Notes: generated by a model not told the origin, from the letters alone. A stretch of DNA of 51,790 bases, filler included, from Calcarisporiella thermophila CBS 279.70 (GCF_041956535.1; 3 parts of 3 records of this genome joined end to end with filler, not necessarily neighbours in it); one strand, 5' to 3'. Positions 1-17,998 are shown, counted from the whole stretch's first letter. Translations and numbers: made by a program.

Positions 1-1671
1 ATATGACAATATAGACTTCTAGATATACATTTTTACTGTGGCTTAATCCACGTGGCGGCAATCCAATCATATTACTGAGACCATAAAACCGTGTTTTTTG
101 TCGGATGTGTTTTATCATACAAAATATCCCACACGCATAAAAAACAAAAAATACTGTGTTTTATCCTGTGTTTTTACAACCCTAATGCTGATGTTCTGTT
201 TCTCTTGGATGGGTCTCGCAACCAGTGAGATCCAAGCGGGCTTAGCGCCGTTGACGTCAGCAGAAATCTTTCGATTGGATATTCGAGGCTGCGGTAGGTC
301 TAGCCGGATTTCCATCCACGTGCAGATTCGAATCGACCTAGGTTCCAGAAGAAAACCAGAATGGATTGAAAGTATCAGAGTGGGAATTGGGTTGAAGCCA
401 CAGGAACGGAGATCCATGCAGTCGATGGCCAACAAGTGTTCTCGGAAAGACCCCCATAGAGCTGGATCCAAGGTCGGCTGCTATTTCACAGGGGCTGTGA
501 AAGGGGAGACGTGTTCATCAGGTGTAATGAGGATATAAACTCCACCCCCCCTCCTCCCCTTATCACAAGATAATGTTGATAATAATAGACTCATAAGAAG
601 CTATCAAATGATCATTCAACCCAAGTCTTCCCTCTCTCGAGAATCGGGTGATGGATCCAATGAGTAATATTAGGTTGAAGAGGACCCTATGACACAATAG
701 GGTTCTTCATGAAGAGGTGTTGCTTGGGAACTAAGCTTAAGGCCTTTTTGGTTTGGTTGCTTGCGAGTTTTTTGGGCCTACACGGAAAAAGGGAGGGGGG
801 GAGTCATTGGGGGGTTGCACTCTAGCATCCTGTCCAACCTCAGACACAGTGGTATTTCTGTGACAAGGTGGACACGAGAAAAAGTTGTCTAACCTAGCAC
901 CGCCTGCCGGAGTCTCATCATCAGCCCGAGGACTTAATGAGCGTCCCTCGTACATGGCCCGCTACTCCTATGGGGCACCGTGCAGAGGATCGATCTCCAG
1001 CCTCATCCTCCCCCCCTCACTGCATAACTTTGGCGGATGGCTCATTGCAACAAAGGGTCATATGGTAGGGCACGATAAGGTTTACTTTTAAACTCTTTCA
1101 ATAAAACTACCAAACTACATGGGCCCATTCTATACGAGGTAGTCCTAAGTTAGGTCAGCACAACCTTAATTTTACGTGATGGCCTATCGGGCGAATAAGA
1201 AGCATCTTGATCCCGCTAATAGAATAATGAATCCAAGGCTCCCCTCTGGTAACAATGCTGGCGCGATTCTAGGGAGAGGGAACGGCGCTGGCCACACCAA
1301 GGCCTTGCCGGTGCAAATGGGGGAAGCGTGGTGAAATCCAAATCAGGGCTGCTTTGTGGTGATGGGCTATTTTTGCCAAGAGGAGGTCAGCAAGAAAGAT
1401 GATAATTTGTTTTAAGCTCGTTGGGATGCTTGATTTGTTTTATCCAACCACCTTCACTCTGAGATAAAAAGAGGAGAAGATAGAAAACATAGTTATCTAT
1501 ACATGTGTATTTATATACCATCCGTTCCATCCCAAACTCCCCCCTCCTACACCACCATTACCACTACCACTTCCACCACCACCACCTCCTCCTCTCTCTT
1601 CCATTATCTACCTTTATCATTTCAACTCAGTGCGGACCTCTCTTGCTACGCTCTCCGTTCCCAGACACCAA

Positions 1672-3219
1672 ATGGTTATAAACACTCTCCTCACCCATTG
1701 CTTGCTGGCTCTGTCCGTCGTGGGCTCGCTCGCGGCGCCCCCTTTGCCTCCCGCGGAGACAGAGCTTGCCCCCCTCCGCATACCAAAGCAGGCCAACCGC
1801 CTCCTCAAGGACCAGTACATCGTCGTACTCAAACAGGACCAACCCGGCAAAGTCGAAATCAAAGATCAAGCGATTAGGCGAGGCATAAAACACATCTACT
1901 CCATCGAGAACAACTTTAAGGGGTACGCGGGCAAATTCGACAAGGAAGCCTTGGAGAAAATCCGAAGCGACCCTCTGGTAAACAGGGGCCATCCGTAGCC
2001 CAGCCCCATACCTTCTATTGACTTTCACTCTATTAACGAAAAAAAAAAGGTCAAATATGTAGAGCACGACGCACAGGTGACCACCCAGGATGTGCAATCG
2101 GGTGCTCCCTGGGGGCTTGCCCGCATTTCGCACCGCGAGCCTCTTACCGGTGGGACGAACGACAAATACATCCACGATCCTTCGGGTGGTACCGGTATTA
2201 CCGCCTACGTGATAGGTGGATCTCCACTGTCCCCTCCTCCTCGATAGGGACCGTTCTGATCTCCATTCTCTTCTTCCCTCCCCTTTCTAGACACCGGCAT
2301 CGACATCCAGCACCCCGAGTTTGAGGGGCGCGCCAAGTGGGGGGCCACATTCGCTAGCGACGGGGACGTCGACGGCAACGGGCACGGAACTCACGTGGCC
2401 GGCACCATTGGGTCAAAAACTTACGGGGTTGCAAAGAAGGCGAACCTGGTGGCCGTGAAGGTGCTCAACGCGCAAGGCTCGGGCACATACAGGTAAGTTC
2501 CCCCCCTCCCCCCTCCTCATTCTCATCACAACCGTGTGCAGAAGCAAATCGAAGCGGAAATAACGCGGCAGTAATCCTCTCCCCTCCCCTTTTCTCCTCT
2601 ACCGCTATCACTAGTGACGTTATTGCTGGGATCAACTGGGCAGCAAACGACGCAAAGAACAACGGCGCCAACAAGTCGGTCGCAAATATGTCTCTGGGAG
2701 GAGGTGCTTCAGATTCGGTCGACGAGGCCGTGAACTCGGCCGTCGACTCGGGCCTTCACATGGCTGGTAAGCTAAGCAGGACGCTCAGAGAGAGGGCCAC
2801 AAAGCTAACCATCTCTACCCCCTACATCAGTGGCGGCCGGCAATAGCAACGACGATGCTTGCAAGTACTCCCCCGCTCGTGCTAGCAAGGCCATCGGTGT
2901 CGCGGCGTCGGACTCCAGAGACCAGAAGGCCTCGTTCAGCAACCACGGCAAGTGCGTGCACATCATCGCCCCCGGGGTGCAAGTTCTCTCAACCTGGACC
3001 AATGGCGGTACAAAAAGCATCTCCGGCACCTCCATGGCCAGCCCCCACATTGCCGGCCTTATCGCGTACTTCCTGTCCATTGAGCCGCGGGACCCCGCCG
3101 CGATGAAGGAGTTCCTGCGGTCGGTGGCCGTCAAAGACGCCATCCGCGGCTTCAATACAGTCACCCCCAACTATCTCGGCTTCAACAACAACCAGGGATC
3201 CCTGAGGAGGATGGCGTAG
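1672..3219 (+). CDS. Secreted subtilisin-like serine protease (S8A, proteinase K type, I9 propeptide), copy 1, 5 exons
   Basis: Signal peptide [21 protein letters not shown] and I9 motif [14 protein letters not shown]. Triad IDTG / [10 protein letters not shown] / [13 protein letters not shown] introns at 1978-2049, 2216-2290, 2493-2614 and 2767-2830 keep the frame. Confidence 0.95.
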
Positions 3220-4711
3220 GCGAAACAGCAAGGTTGAGTATTTCTTGGATGGTTGTGTTTTTGCTTCCGACGGGAGGGGCTTGGATGTTCTTTTTGCCGC
3301 GGGTATCCCCCTCCTAGTGGAGGAGGGAGAGAGGGTTTCCAATCCTATTTATCAACATTTGATTTTATCTTCTACTACTTTATACTGTATATAAGAACCT
3401 ATACACGGGTTTGAATGTAAGCATGTATGTCTGTGTGTATGTACCAACGTAGCCCTACCGAGCAGGCACCTAATAAACAATGAACTTAGGCTAGGGATTT
3501 CGCTGCCCTCTTACCCCTCTCTCTGCCTTGCGACCTCGCAGCAACCCACCTCTTTGCAAGATAAGGTTTGGCCTTCCGCCATTTAAGCGTGATGGGATGA
3601 AACAAGGTTCCGAGCTAAAAGCATCCATAACCTAGTGGTCATGCATGCCCCTTTGCACCACCCTCTTGATGGCTGCGAGTTTAAACTCTCCTTAATTCTG
3701 TGTTGCTTCAATTTGTCGGCCTGAATAAGTTTTATATTAAATATTATCCAAGCAGATATAGCAAGTTATGTAAGACTTATGCCGATTGAAGAAAAGTTTG
3801 ATATCTGTCGAATTAGGGTTCAGGAGGATGATCGATTCCTTGGTTCAGTAGGGGGGGGGGGTGTGAGGGCATTTGGCCGGCATGGCAGCAAGGGGGGGAG
3901 GGGGGCGCTCCCACCCTCCACTCATTTTTTACGTTAACCGTGGGGGAAGGCTATATGCACCGATGGCATTGGGATTTGCAGGGGAGTGGAAATCCTATCC
4001 GCGAGAGAAGGATAAAAAAAAACTAAATCAACTATTAAACTTGGAATATCGGATCTCTCTCTCTCCCTTGGCTCCCCGAACCTAGGCTTCTTTGTCCTCC
4101 GTCCCCCCCTCCCCCCTCTTCTAACCTGTGACTAACTCTTCTGAGTTATACATTACGCTCAAGTTTGATTTCCTTTTGCTTTAGCCGTTTGGACGGCCCG
4201 CGTTGGAGCGGAAGAAACTATCTCCTAGCGAGCAAGCCATGCCGCAACTCAACTCACTTTTCTCTGGAATGAGACAAGCACTCCCTTGTACATCATGTGG
4301 TAGTAGCGTCTTGCCGCTTTCCCCAGTTTACGAATTTCACCGTGCAATGGTGTTAGCCAATGTGATTTAGTCAGCAAACAGAAGTTTTCGTAATTAACAT
4401 CGTACTTGTGGCCCAAAGAAAAATCTAAACCATCCACAGATCATCTTAATTTTGATATGATTACCTTTTGCTGCACGGCAACCGTATAGTCGAACAGACC
4501 ACTCAAGGAGGTGGGCAATAATTGCCAGGTTTTATGCTCAAACTTAACCTCCATTTTTCTTTTGTCACGAAAGCAAACAAGTAGGAAAACAAGAAAGTGG
4601 GGCTTGAGGATGATTAGAAAAAAAAGGTTAGGGATCTATTAGATCATAAACTCTATGTATTTCTAGGTCGGTGCATCTTTTCCTCTACCTTTAAAGCTCG
4701 GGGCAAACCTC

Positions 4712-4719
4712 TATAAATA
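4712..4719 (+). promoter_or_regulatory. Putative TATA box of subtilisin copy 2
   Basis: TATAAATA about 120 bp upstream of ATG 4833, followed by a pyrimidine-rich tract. Similar boxes lie at 8383 and 10850, about 100-110 bp before copies 3 and 4. Confidence 0.5.
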
Positions 4720-4832
4720 GCTGGCACTCTCTCTCTACACTCCTCCTCATCCCATCATAAGCTTCAACTCTCTTCTCCTTTCTCCTTCCCCCCCCCCCCC
4801 TCCATCCTTAAACCTGAACTGTCCCTCCCGAC

Positions 4833-6166
4833 ATGCTCTTTAAAACCGTCTTCCTTTTGGCAGCTTGCATCTCCGCCTCCCTGGCTCAGACCGCCGAGGT
4901 AGAGAGCGAACTTGCACCCTTGGTGGTGCCCAAGACTCGCGTCCTCAATGGCAACTACATCGTCGTCTACAAGGATGACGCCTCCTTCGCCGAGAACGAG
5001 ATCCAGGATCAAGCGATCAAGGCTGGAGTCAAGCACGTCTACAACCTCAACGCCTTCAAGGGATACTCCGGCAAGTTCGACGCTGAGACCTTGAAGAAGA
5101 TCCGCCGGGATCCTAAGGTAGGGGGGGAGGGTGAAGGACGGAGTGGGAAAAAGGCAGTGCATTGACATTTGCTCGTCTATTTTTTGAATAATCCTAGGTC
5201 AAATTCGTCGAGCTTGACGCGGAGGTCTCCATCAACGACGTTCAGTCCGGGGCCCCCTGGGGTCTTGCACGCATTTCACACCGCGCCAAACTCGATGCCA
5301 ACACGAAGGACAAGTACATCTACGACGCCAACAGCGGCAATGGCGTGACCGCCTATGTTATTGACACCGGTGTGTACATTCAGCACCCCGAGTTCCAAGG
5401 CCGCGCCCGCTGGGGTGCCACCTTTGCCTCGGACGGTAACACTGACGGACACGGCCATGGTACCCACGTGGCCGGCACGATTGCTTCCAAGACCTACGGT
5501 GTTGCCAAGAAGGCCAGCATCGTTGCAGTGAAGGTGCTTAACGCGCAGGGCAGTGGCACCAACAGTGACGTGATTGCTGGAATCAACTGGGCCGCGAATG
5601 ACTCGAAGAAGAACAAGAAACACACCTCGGTTGCCAACATGTCGCTTGGTGGTGGTGCCTCCACCGCCGTCGACAACGCCGTCAACAGCGCCGTCGATGC
5701 TGGTCTTAGCATTGTGGTTGCCGCCGGTAACAACAATGGTGATGCCTGCAACAACTCCCCAGCTCGTGCTTCCAAGGCCGTCACCGTTGCCGCCTCAGAC
5801 GTCAATGACAAGAAGGCCAGCTTCAGCAATTACGGTCGCTGCGTCCACATTATCGGCCCTGGTGTAAATGTCCTCTCGACCTGGAAGAACGGTGGCACCA
5901 ACACCATCTCCGGAACCTCTATGGCCTCTCCTCACATTGCTGGTTTGGCCGCCCATTTCCTTTCCCAGCAGCCCCGTGACCCCATCGCTCTCCGCACCTT
6001 CTTGCAGCAGGTAAGGGACCCAGCAAAACCCCTCTAGGATTCGCTCTCTCTAACTGTGCATTTTTTTTTTGAAAAGGTCGCGACTAAGGACGCAATCTCC
6101 GGCTTCCCCGCTGGTACTCCCAACCTCCTAGGCTACAACAACAACGGAGCCGCCGCTGCTGCCTAA
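4833..6166 (+). CDS. Secreted S8A subtilisin, copy 2, 3 exons
   Basis: Signal peptide, I9, IDTG / [10 protein letters not shown] / SGTSMASPH. Introns 5118-5197 and 6011-6076. TAA at 6164-6166. Confidence 0.95.
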
Positions 6167-8491
6167 ATTATATCTAATTTCACTTTCTTGTGCTCTTGAT
6201 TGCTTGCTCTAGTAAAACAAACATGTATACGAGAGTTGATCTCCCTATTTTATCTAGTGTATTTCTCTATTGTTGACACCTTCGCAAAAATCAATAAAAC
6301 GAGGTGGTTGATTTAATAACGGATGTTGCTTTCATTCTGCCCTTACCTTTTGAAAATCACTCTTAACCTTCACATTTCTTTTCGCCTGCGTCTACACCAC
6401 GGCCACTATTTATATCAGTGCCCTTCCGTTCCGAATTACATGGTGATTTAGTGTTAGAATTAATTTTATTTTGGAGCATCATGGGAAGTAAAACAAAAGA
6501 GAGTATGAAATGGAATGATCACCCATTGGATATACTTTAATATAGGTTGATCTGCAGACGCACCGCTATTAATGGATATGCCATTAGATAATAGATAATA
6601 GATCAGATATCAATAACTTGGTATTTCATTTTCATAGACACATTTTATATGACTTGTTTTGTCCCGGCGGATACTCGAACCAGGGCAATATTGCAGCCGA
6701 AGAGGATGAATGCAATAAAGCAAGGAGCCAGGTATGAAGCGGTAGTCTTGGCGTGAAACTATTCGACAGACAATAGCACTCTTTCCAAGTATGTGAGTGT
6801 ATTAGCCTCGAGCCAGTGCAATGTACACTACGGCTGCAGAGTGCTATTGTGTTTAGCTCCATATCAATTGTGCAGTATGGCTCAAGTGTAAGTCAAAGTG
6901 TGGCAATTGCTCCCAATATGGGAAATAGAATGAGTCAGTGTGCTCTGAAAATGTCTAGGCTAATTTTCTGTGTAAATGAAATGTAAAGTTCATTTTTCGT
7001 GACATGGAGTTTTAATTAAATAAAGGAGTATGAGAAATAGACCAAGTTATCTTCTAGTAAAGACTTTAAAGACCATTCTTGAGCTTGGTAGTGTTAAAGT
7101 TCGAAAAGGGAGAAGCAACCACCAATGCTAAAAAACGCAATTCATGTCCCAAATAATGCCGCCGACGATCTACCCGTATAACGCAATTGCATTGCCTCTT
7201 CTGTAGACGTTCCCAGAGCGGATGAACTTTCCTGCCAAAAGAACCAAAATACGCATCATATCTCGGGTATTCCAGTGGCTTCATCTCGTGCAGTGGATTT
7301 CGCCCCGCCCTCACCCGGTGGAACCATGCGGTCGTCTATCTAATGTACACCAACTTGAGAGAAGTTTTTGAAGAATTGGCGATATTTCAAATAATGGCTC
7401 CCTTGACTCGAGCGTCTTCTGGCCATAAAGAACAATTTGTGCGATAGTGCCTTCAATATCCTAGCCATGGAAATGGTCAGGACCAAACAAATTTAAATAG
7501 CCTGCATGCAGCCTATTCAACCTTCACTTCAATACCATTGATGTTTGTATAATCTGAGCCTATTGTAATTGCGACGAGTTTGCGGAGATCATGGGTTGCC
7601 ATTTAGTACCCAATGATGCCATGGGATAATTATACTAAGGTCTTTAGGTGATTTGTTAAGCTTATGTAAATCGGAAAAAGTTCTTGTCAGACGGTTTTTC
7701 TAGGCTGCCGTGCTTTCTCATTATATTGTACTGTAATTGCTATGGGCTCTCTGTTATTCTGTCTTTAATTTTTCTACCAACGAAATGCTCACTCGTAGCG
7801 GGATCTGTTTTAATTTTGGGAGCCAACTGCAAACGCAATCTATAACCTAAGAATTGGCTCAGAGGATGCCGTGTTTTAGTCGCTTTCAAGTTTGAGCTCA
7901 CTCGGTTTAAACAGTGTCATTTGCCTTTGGTTGTGACCATTACTTGATTGCCCCTCCTTTAACCTCAAAAGGCTGACCTCGGTAACTGACTAATGAACAT
8001 GCCAACTCGACGCTTCCTTGCGCGACCCCGTATTACCAGCCAAACCTTTTGTCATGTGCCCTAGTTTTAATGTGGCAGCACCACAACAAATATTACACAT
8101 CGCGTTTTAAAGGGTAGAGAATTTGGTAAGCAAACCTAAATGTTTTCGTAAGTGTTCCCTTGGTTCAAATGCACTGTAAAATTTATCCCTGGTTATGGTA
8201 AGTTTGTGATCAAATATTATTCCTCGGAATAATCCTTCAAACCTCAATTAAGGTTCTATACCTCCACGAATCTCCGTTAGTAATGGAAAATAGGTCAAGC
8301 CTCAAGTCCCGCCATGGAGGTGAGATAACAAAAGAGTTAGCCATGACCCATACTGGGTTTTCTCCTTCAGCTATAGATCGACTATATAAATGACGGCACA
8401 CACTACCGTTTTCTGCGATTCATCATACCCCTTCCTAATTTTTCCCTCGCCGACCTCAACCCCCACTCCTTAATAAAATACCCTCTTCTTA

Positions 8492-10102
<1,611 letters not shown>

Positions 10103-10947
10103 GCTCAGCTATTGACGGATGCCGATGATTCCTTCTTGTAATCGCCTGGGAAGCGGCAGAGAGTCCTTTAACCGTTACTAGTGCCTTAATATCAGCTCTA
10201 TTATATAAATACCATATTTTTGTAGCTTTTCTTAGTTTCAAAATTGTATTAGAATGTATCGTAATAAGATGGTGAGCATTCTTTGTTCTGCCCCCACTTC
10301 TTCTCACTAGAAATAATCTGCTGGCAGAAGCCAGTTTCTTAATCGTTGACCATGAATTCTAAAGACAGTTCGAGATACTTCTTATCGTTCCCGAGGATGC
10401 TTCCCCAAAACTTTTATGCGTTCCACACAACACAGATGACCACTCCTAATTGAAGCTTGACAGAAACGAGCATTCCGCTCTTACAAATCGGTTATGGAAA
10501 AAATGGGTTGACGTGAATATAGTTTCCACGAAGGCTTAACATCTAATGGAAAAGATGTACCCTGGATCTAAGAAAGAGTAAGCTCGAATTTAGTAAGCAC
10601 AAAAGAGAGATGTCGTAATTAGTCTCACATTCGCTCCTAAAGAGAAGAAGAGTCACCAATAACTTCTATTTGGAGAGGAGGCCTACCGGTGAGAATATTA
10701 GGGGGCACTTAGTATTATGTGATATTGTGGAGTGACATGTATACCGGCATGAAGGCAACATGGATGTTGGAGAGGAGGAAATAGAAACCTTTTGATTATG
10801 TTGCTATTATAGTTTATTGCATTTAATTCAAAAATATTTAAAAAATTGATATATAAGCTATCGTCCCCATCCCATTTCAAGGCCTAACCCTTCGTTAAGC
10901 ACCCACTCTATCCTTATCTTCACTCTAACATTTGATAGCACTTTGTA

Positions 10948-12543
<1,596 letters not shown>

Positions 12544-15217
12544 ACTTAGCGAGCCACGAGTGCTTTGCAGTTAGTTTTCAACAAGTATATTTGGAAGAGT
12601 ACTATTGAGTCGTAATCTTTTGAGCCACATTTTATCAAAATATATATCGTATTTATATAGCAGAATGTATTGCTGTGCCATATTGTTGTTGTCAGCCCAC
12701 AATACGGTTCCGAAAAGTTAAATGCCCATTGAACATCCCCCAGATTCCATGAATCTATTAAAATTTTAAGAGTGCTATGACAAAGAATTAGGGAGATAGT
12801 TTTGTGTTAGTCTGCACGGCATAGATCTTTGGTGAGCTGATTTTAAAAGTCAAATTCAGAGTTTCTGTGATCAATGATAGACACTTATTATTATTAATCG
12901 CATTTCAATGTCAAAAATTCATATAAAGTTAATAATATTAAAGGGGAACACTGGAATTCGGATGTAAACACATAACTTTATTGGTAGTGATCCTTAATAG
13001 TTTCTTGTGAACCGACTTTAAAACAAGATGGAAACAATGTCTCTTTACGATAGGCAGGTAAAAAAGTTAGAGCAACTCATCCTATGCTGTACTCGTAAGC
13101 ATGCAATTTTGGGTATGCTGAGTGTATTACATCGAGCTATCGTCTGAAAATGTGATCAAGTTATGTATATAAAATGTGAGATCGTTAAAATTGGATAAAA
13201 GTAAACCTCTATCTATCTATTTAGCATGTATCTAATCTCTTCATGCTAAAGCAGCTATGGAGAAATATTCACGCCAATTTCGTATCAGCCTGCGAAGAAA
13301 AGTTAAGCAGTAATATTTTGCTCACTCTTGGGAGAAATAACGTGCTATACTGTACAGGACGCGCGCAGCACTCTTGTCATAGGAGATACAAGCTACTCAA
13401 GCGCTAAGTAAGCCAGCTTTGTTGTTGGCAATGAATTAAGAAAATTATCATGCGAAATATATGAATCTTGGCACTCTGTTTTTCAAGGTGTGTAAAGTTT
13501 AAATTGGACATCTCAAGAGCAAAGAACAAATTAAAGTATAACATTGAACATTACAAAATTTGGGCTTTTAATTAATAGCTACAGCGAAATTTCATGCATC
13601 TTTTGCCATTCAGTAGTTGTCAAGAAGAAAAAGCTCATTACTTAATCAGCCAGCGAGCAATATTGAGAGATAATGCTTAATTAAAAAAAGCTTCGCTTAG
13701 TTGGACTCGCACGCTATCTTGTTTATTGATGCAGACTTTGCCCCACTAGTGGCTGCTGAAGAATTTCAACATTTCAAAAAAAAAAAATATCTGTAATTAT
13801 TCGACTTGCGTTATGGGAAAACCCGTTTAGGCCATAGGGGCTCTGACATTAACATTCTGGGCTGAATTCAGAAATTAGGAGGGCTACAATGTGAATCGGG
13901 GCCGCATTGCATTCTAATTGGATATATGAAGTGACACGAAAATTATTATGGGAACCTTCACGGTTACTACCTCTATCACTGGTTTGGCTGCGTGCCTTCA
14001 AACTGAGAGCCTAGTGGATCTTTATGCCCTGGCTAATTTTCTTCAAACGAGTGTATGTCCACAGAAAATGGATTCCATTTACGCAAAGGGCTGTTCATAT
14101 TTCGTGAGAACTCGTTAGCATTCTGAGTTGCGCTAAAATAATATCTGATTCACAATTTTGCAATCAGAGCTATTCTAATATATGAGAATTTGGGTTTTTC
14201 CTTCCGGCCACTCAATCCGTAATTAGTAACCCGTAAATCCTTTATTGAAGATTGAGAGTTTGCCACAATTTATTTTTGTAGTCAACTTATTACTCACACA
14301 TGAACAGAGATTAAGCATACTCGACGAGTACCCCCAGTGCCTCTTTTCTTAGTTACTGACTCCAACCGATTCGGATTCTCGACCGTTCACACTTCATCCG
14401 ATGTAGTTTGGCTGCTGTTGAAATTCAAAGTGCGATCATGATTGATAAACATTTTGCTATTGAAGTCACACTCTTTAGCCCATGTTTGAACGCTAAAACT
14501 CTGTAGTGGTGTACGGTTAGACTAAGACGACAGCTCATCCACTTGTGTATACGCGGGATTTCGGATATCTTTGAACACTTCGGGCTGGAACTAGAATGGG
14601 AATTCCCAAAGGATTGTAAAAGCTTTGAAATGTTTATCCGGACTTGATGGCCTTATCGAGTCCCGTAAGGCAATTAACGGGTGCTCTGGCGGTGGGTCCT
14701 TCTTAAGGAAACAGCGGTAGGAGTTGAGCTAGAGTGCTTGAATACTAAGCGGACGTGTGAATTAATGATAGCGGCGAACATTGGCGTGAGAGTGAGAAAT
14801 TTGGAAAGAAATGTGTTCAGATCACGTGCATTCCGATCTCAGTTAGGGGTGCTTTCAATTTCCGTCTCTACAACACAGCTCGTATTTCTCCGCAAAATAT
14901 ACAGTTTATTCTTCCTTCGGGCGATGGAGGGAGAAAAAGAAAAAAATCATCAAAGCTTCCAGTTCAAAAAAAAAATTTACCAAGTGATTACAAAAAAAAA
15001 GAGGAAGAGAAATAAATACTTGCATCATTTAAGATATAATTAAAAGACAACGAAAAGAAGTTAGAGAAAGAAAAACAGATGGTTTGAAATGTGTGTGGGT
15101 ATTATATAAAAGAAAAGAATCCCAATTGAAATATTAATTATTTAAATAAGCTAAAACCTAAATAACAAAAAAGAGGACCTGCCGAAGAAAGGAAAAAAAG
15201 AAAATAACGAATGCTCA

Positions 15218-16186
15218 TCACCATTGTTCTATTCCAAACACCATCCCCATATTGTTCTCTTGTGGAGCATCAGGAGAGGATGGGACAGACCATTGAGTCT
15301 GATCAAGGAACCAGTCATTCCACATGGGAGGTTCAGGCTTCGGAAGAAGCAGCGGTTTTGATGGCATGGAGGCTGCCCGACGAGCACGTACAGATTCGAA
15401 CTGGCCGCTGCTGTTCTGGCCATTTGCATCAACATTCAGTGCCTGTTCTGTGGAGCTCTTATTGGGTACGCTCTCGTTCTCTTCATCTCCATGTGCACTA
15501 ATATCGGTTTTATCAGTATCTTGCTGTGCGACGGAGGGAGTCGACGGACAGCTGGAGCGTCTACCCTCTTCCTCAAACTCCTCCAACCCCTCTTCTCCAG
15601 AGCCAGATATACCCATATCGCTCAACGATTGCATCTTCCTGGATTTTTTGTGAAGCTGCTTCATCTTCGCACGCTTGTTCTGAAACCAGATCTGCACTGA
15701 CCGAGGGGGCAAGTCCAGGTGCCTAGCGATATGCAATCGAAGCTGGGTGTTTGGGCTTGGGTTAGCAGCGAAAATCTCTTGTAATATAGCAAGCTGCTCG
15801 GGGGTTGTGCGAGTGCGTTTGCGAGATTTCGTGACTCCGGCTACGGTATGAGGCAGTGATTGATGCTGGGAGAAGAAGTAGGGCAAGTGAGGGGTAGAGG
15901 GCGGATATGTGAAGTGTTGATAGTAGGGAGGGGGGGTCGTTGGCGTAGGAGGATGGGCATAGATATTGGCGGTTAAGGGAGTGGGGGGGGTATAGGGCAT
16001 GGGATCGACTAGTTTGGAGGGGATCTCGCATGGAGTAGGCATCTCAAGAGGAGGAGTGGTGGGCCAGGTAGCAGGCATCATCTGCCTGCCAGAGTCACTA
16101 AAGTATGAAAACGGATCCATGCACTCTCGCCCCATATGTGGAGGGGGCGCTATGGTAGCGGGCAAGATGGTAGGAAAAGCTTGCAT
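15218..16186 (-). CDS. Homeodomain transcription factor (Q50)
   Basis: RKRTRTTPEQLAILQEIFAANPSPN...LPPRSVQIWFQNKRAK, with a Pro-rich N-terminus. First ATG is at 16186 (the ORF track start is TTG). Confidence 0.9.
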   Translation of the reverse strand: MQAFPTILPATIAPPPHMGRECMDPFSYFSDSGRQMMPATWPTTPPLEMPTPCEIPSKLVDPMPYTPPTPLTANIYAHPPTPTTPPPYYQHFTYPPSTPHLPYFFSQHQSLPHTVAGVTKSRKRTRTTPEQLAILQEIFAANPSPNTQLRLHIARHLDLPPRSVQIWFQNKRAKMKQLHKKSRKMQSLSDMGISGSGEEGLEEFEEEGRRSSCPSTPSVAQQDTDKTDISAHGDEENESVPNKSSTEQALNVDANGQNSSGQFESVRARRAASMPSKPLLLPKPEPPMWNDWFLDQTQWSVPSSPDAPQENNMGMVFGIEQW

Positions 16187-17998
16187 TGTGATAGTGGAGG
16201 AGAAGTATTTAGAGTTGATCAGAATTGTGTCGATCAATTGCTACGACTGAGAAAAAGGTTTATTGTATAATTAGGCGACGAGAGAGAATATAATTTATAC
16301 GAATTTTTTTTACGAGAAAAAAAACGCAAAGATAGAAGGAAAAAAGGTCCCTTATAAAATGTTTCGCAAGTCTAAATTTCGATACCGCCGCTTCGGCCAT
16401 CCTCCTAACCCAGAAATTGGGAGAATATTGTAAGAATAGGGAGTGTGTATTTGAAGCAAGGATTTGATGGCGGCAAATAGAGGACGCTTGTGCTGCGTAA
16501 TACAATCGACTTGGGGCCACCGTCACTGTATCACCCTCCAATAAAGTGGGAGGTATTGGCTTTTTTTATGAGAAGCAAGGTTTCAGGTTTGGGTTTAATA
16601 GGTCCTCCTCCCATTGATTGCTTTTTAGCTATGTATTTCTTTCATATGTCATCACACCGTTTGGTTGATGCGTGAATAGAGCCACGCTTTTTTTTTCCTG
16701 CGCTTTATTTTTTTAGACTGGAGGTGATTTTCGAGTGAGTTTGAGTAAAAAGCGAAAGACCCTTGTTGCACACTTGATCACTTGTCCTCAAGCTTGAGAA
16801 AAGTGCCAAGTACAGATGAATATAAAACATCCAAAATATCTCGAATCATGTAGGCGAACGGATAACCCCGACAGTGGAAGTTTAGGTGGGTTCGTGGACG
16901 GTTGCTCTAATATTTTAGTGATCGAGTAACACAATTTCAGGAGAAAGTTGAAAGACAGGGGAGAAGAAAGAGGAAGGCGAGGTTGATCTGTGCGAAGCCA
17001 AGATCCATGTCAACCGCGCATCTCTGTTAAAGGAATAAAGGCCGTAGGAGCCTCAATGGCACGGGGGAGCGAGAGTCTAGACTCGTGGGCTGATTCGATT
17101 TTGCTTAAGCTGATGAAATTCTTGACGAATCTGAAACCGTCTGGTATTCAAAGGAGGAAAAAAATTTGAATGGCAGAAACCAGCCGAGGAAGGGGCCTTG
17201 AGACATTGACTCTACTACCTACATGCTTTTTTTTCCTGTTACCAATGGGTGTCGTGCCGTTGTTTTGCGGTGAAATTGGATTGCAGACCTTCAGCTTGTT
17301 TCATTAAACTTGTCTTTGTCATGATTTTTTACTTTAGTGATTCATTTTCGTTACGCATCGTTCTTTTGGCTGCATGATTTCAAGGTGTGAATTGGAGATC
17401 CCACGAGGCTAGCGCAGGCATGCGTGCGTCATATGAAAGGAAGCAATTCCGCCGACTCCAAGCCATTTTTTCTTTATGTAGGTCCGCTTTCATTGCCGCC
17501 CTTCAGGGGAGCCGCCGTCTCGTGAGAAGGTTGAATCATTCCTTCCAAATTCAATGGCCCCTAAGCAAGAAATTTCATATGCATTGGCCACGCAAACTCA
17601 AAATTATTGACCAATTCTACCAGTGGGCAGTAGCGATCCAATCCTTTCCTCTCAATGCTCCACTCTCCGGGGTTATTAGACCGGCCGTGCTTGTTAGCTC
17701 TAATTTACGCACGATCTTTTTAGATGAAAAGCACCAATCTCTTGCAGAAGGGAAGATTAGGCAATAAATAAAGCGAGAGCAAGATTAATATTAACAAAGT
17801 TCACGGGCAGTAGAGGAGGGGAGGAGAGGAGGGGGGGGGGGGTAAATCAAGCCAATAAATGAAAAAATGCTAGAATAAATAACAAGGATAATTTCAATGT
17901 ATAGAAATTAGAGAGGATATAAACTTCTCAATATAAAACAAGCATTATGTGTATGTAACATGTGTAAAGGACTGGCTCAGAGCCGGCTATCACTAACT

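Noticed and set aside
98-540. ORFs 98-538 and 115-471, and a possible hAT-like end (TAGGGTTGTAAAAACAC on -, ~167-183)
   Set aside because: No recognisable domain and no partner TIR in the window. It may be TE debris, but this cannot be supported.
2805-5829. Antisense and alternative-frame ORFs over the subtilisin genes
   Set aside because: These are shadow ORFs caused by GC-rich codon bias.
12600-15100. Long intergenic region and ORF 14681-15043
   Set aside because: AT-rich with no repeats, RNA motifs or credible coding signal that I could detect.
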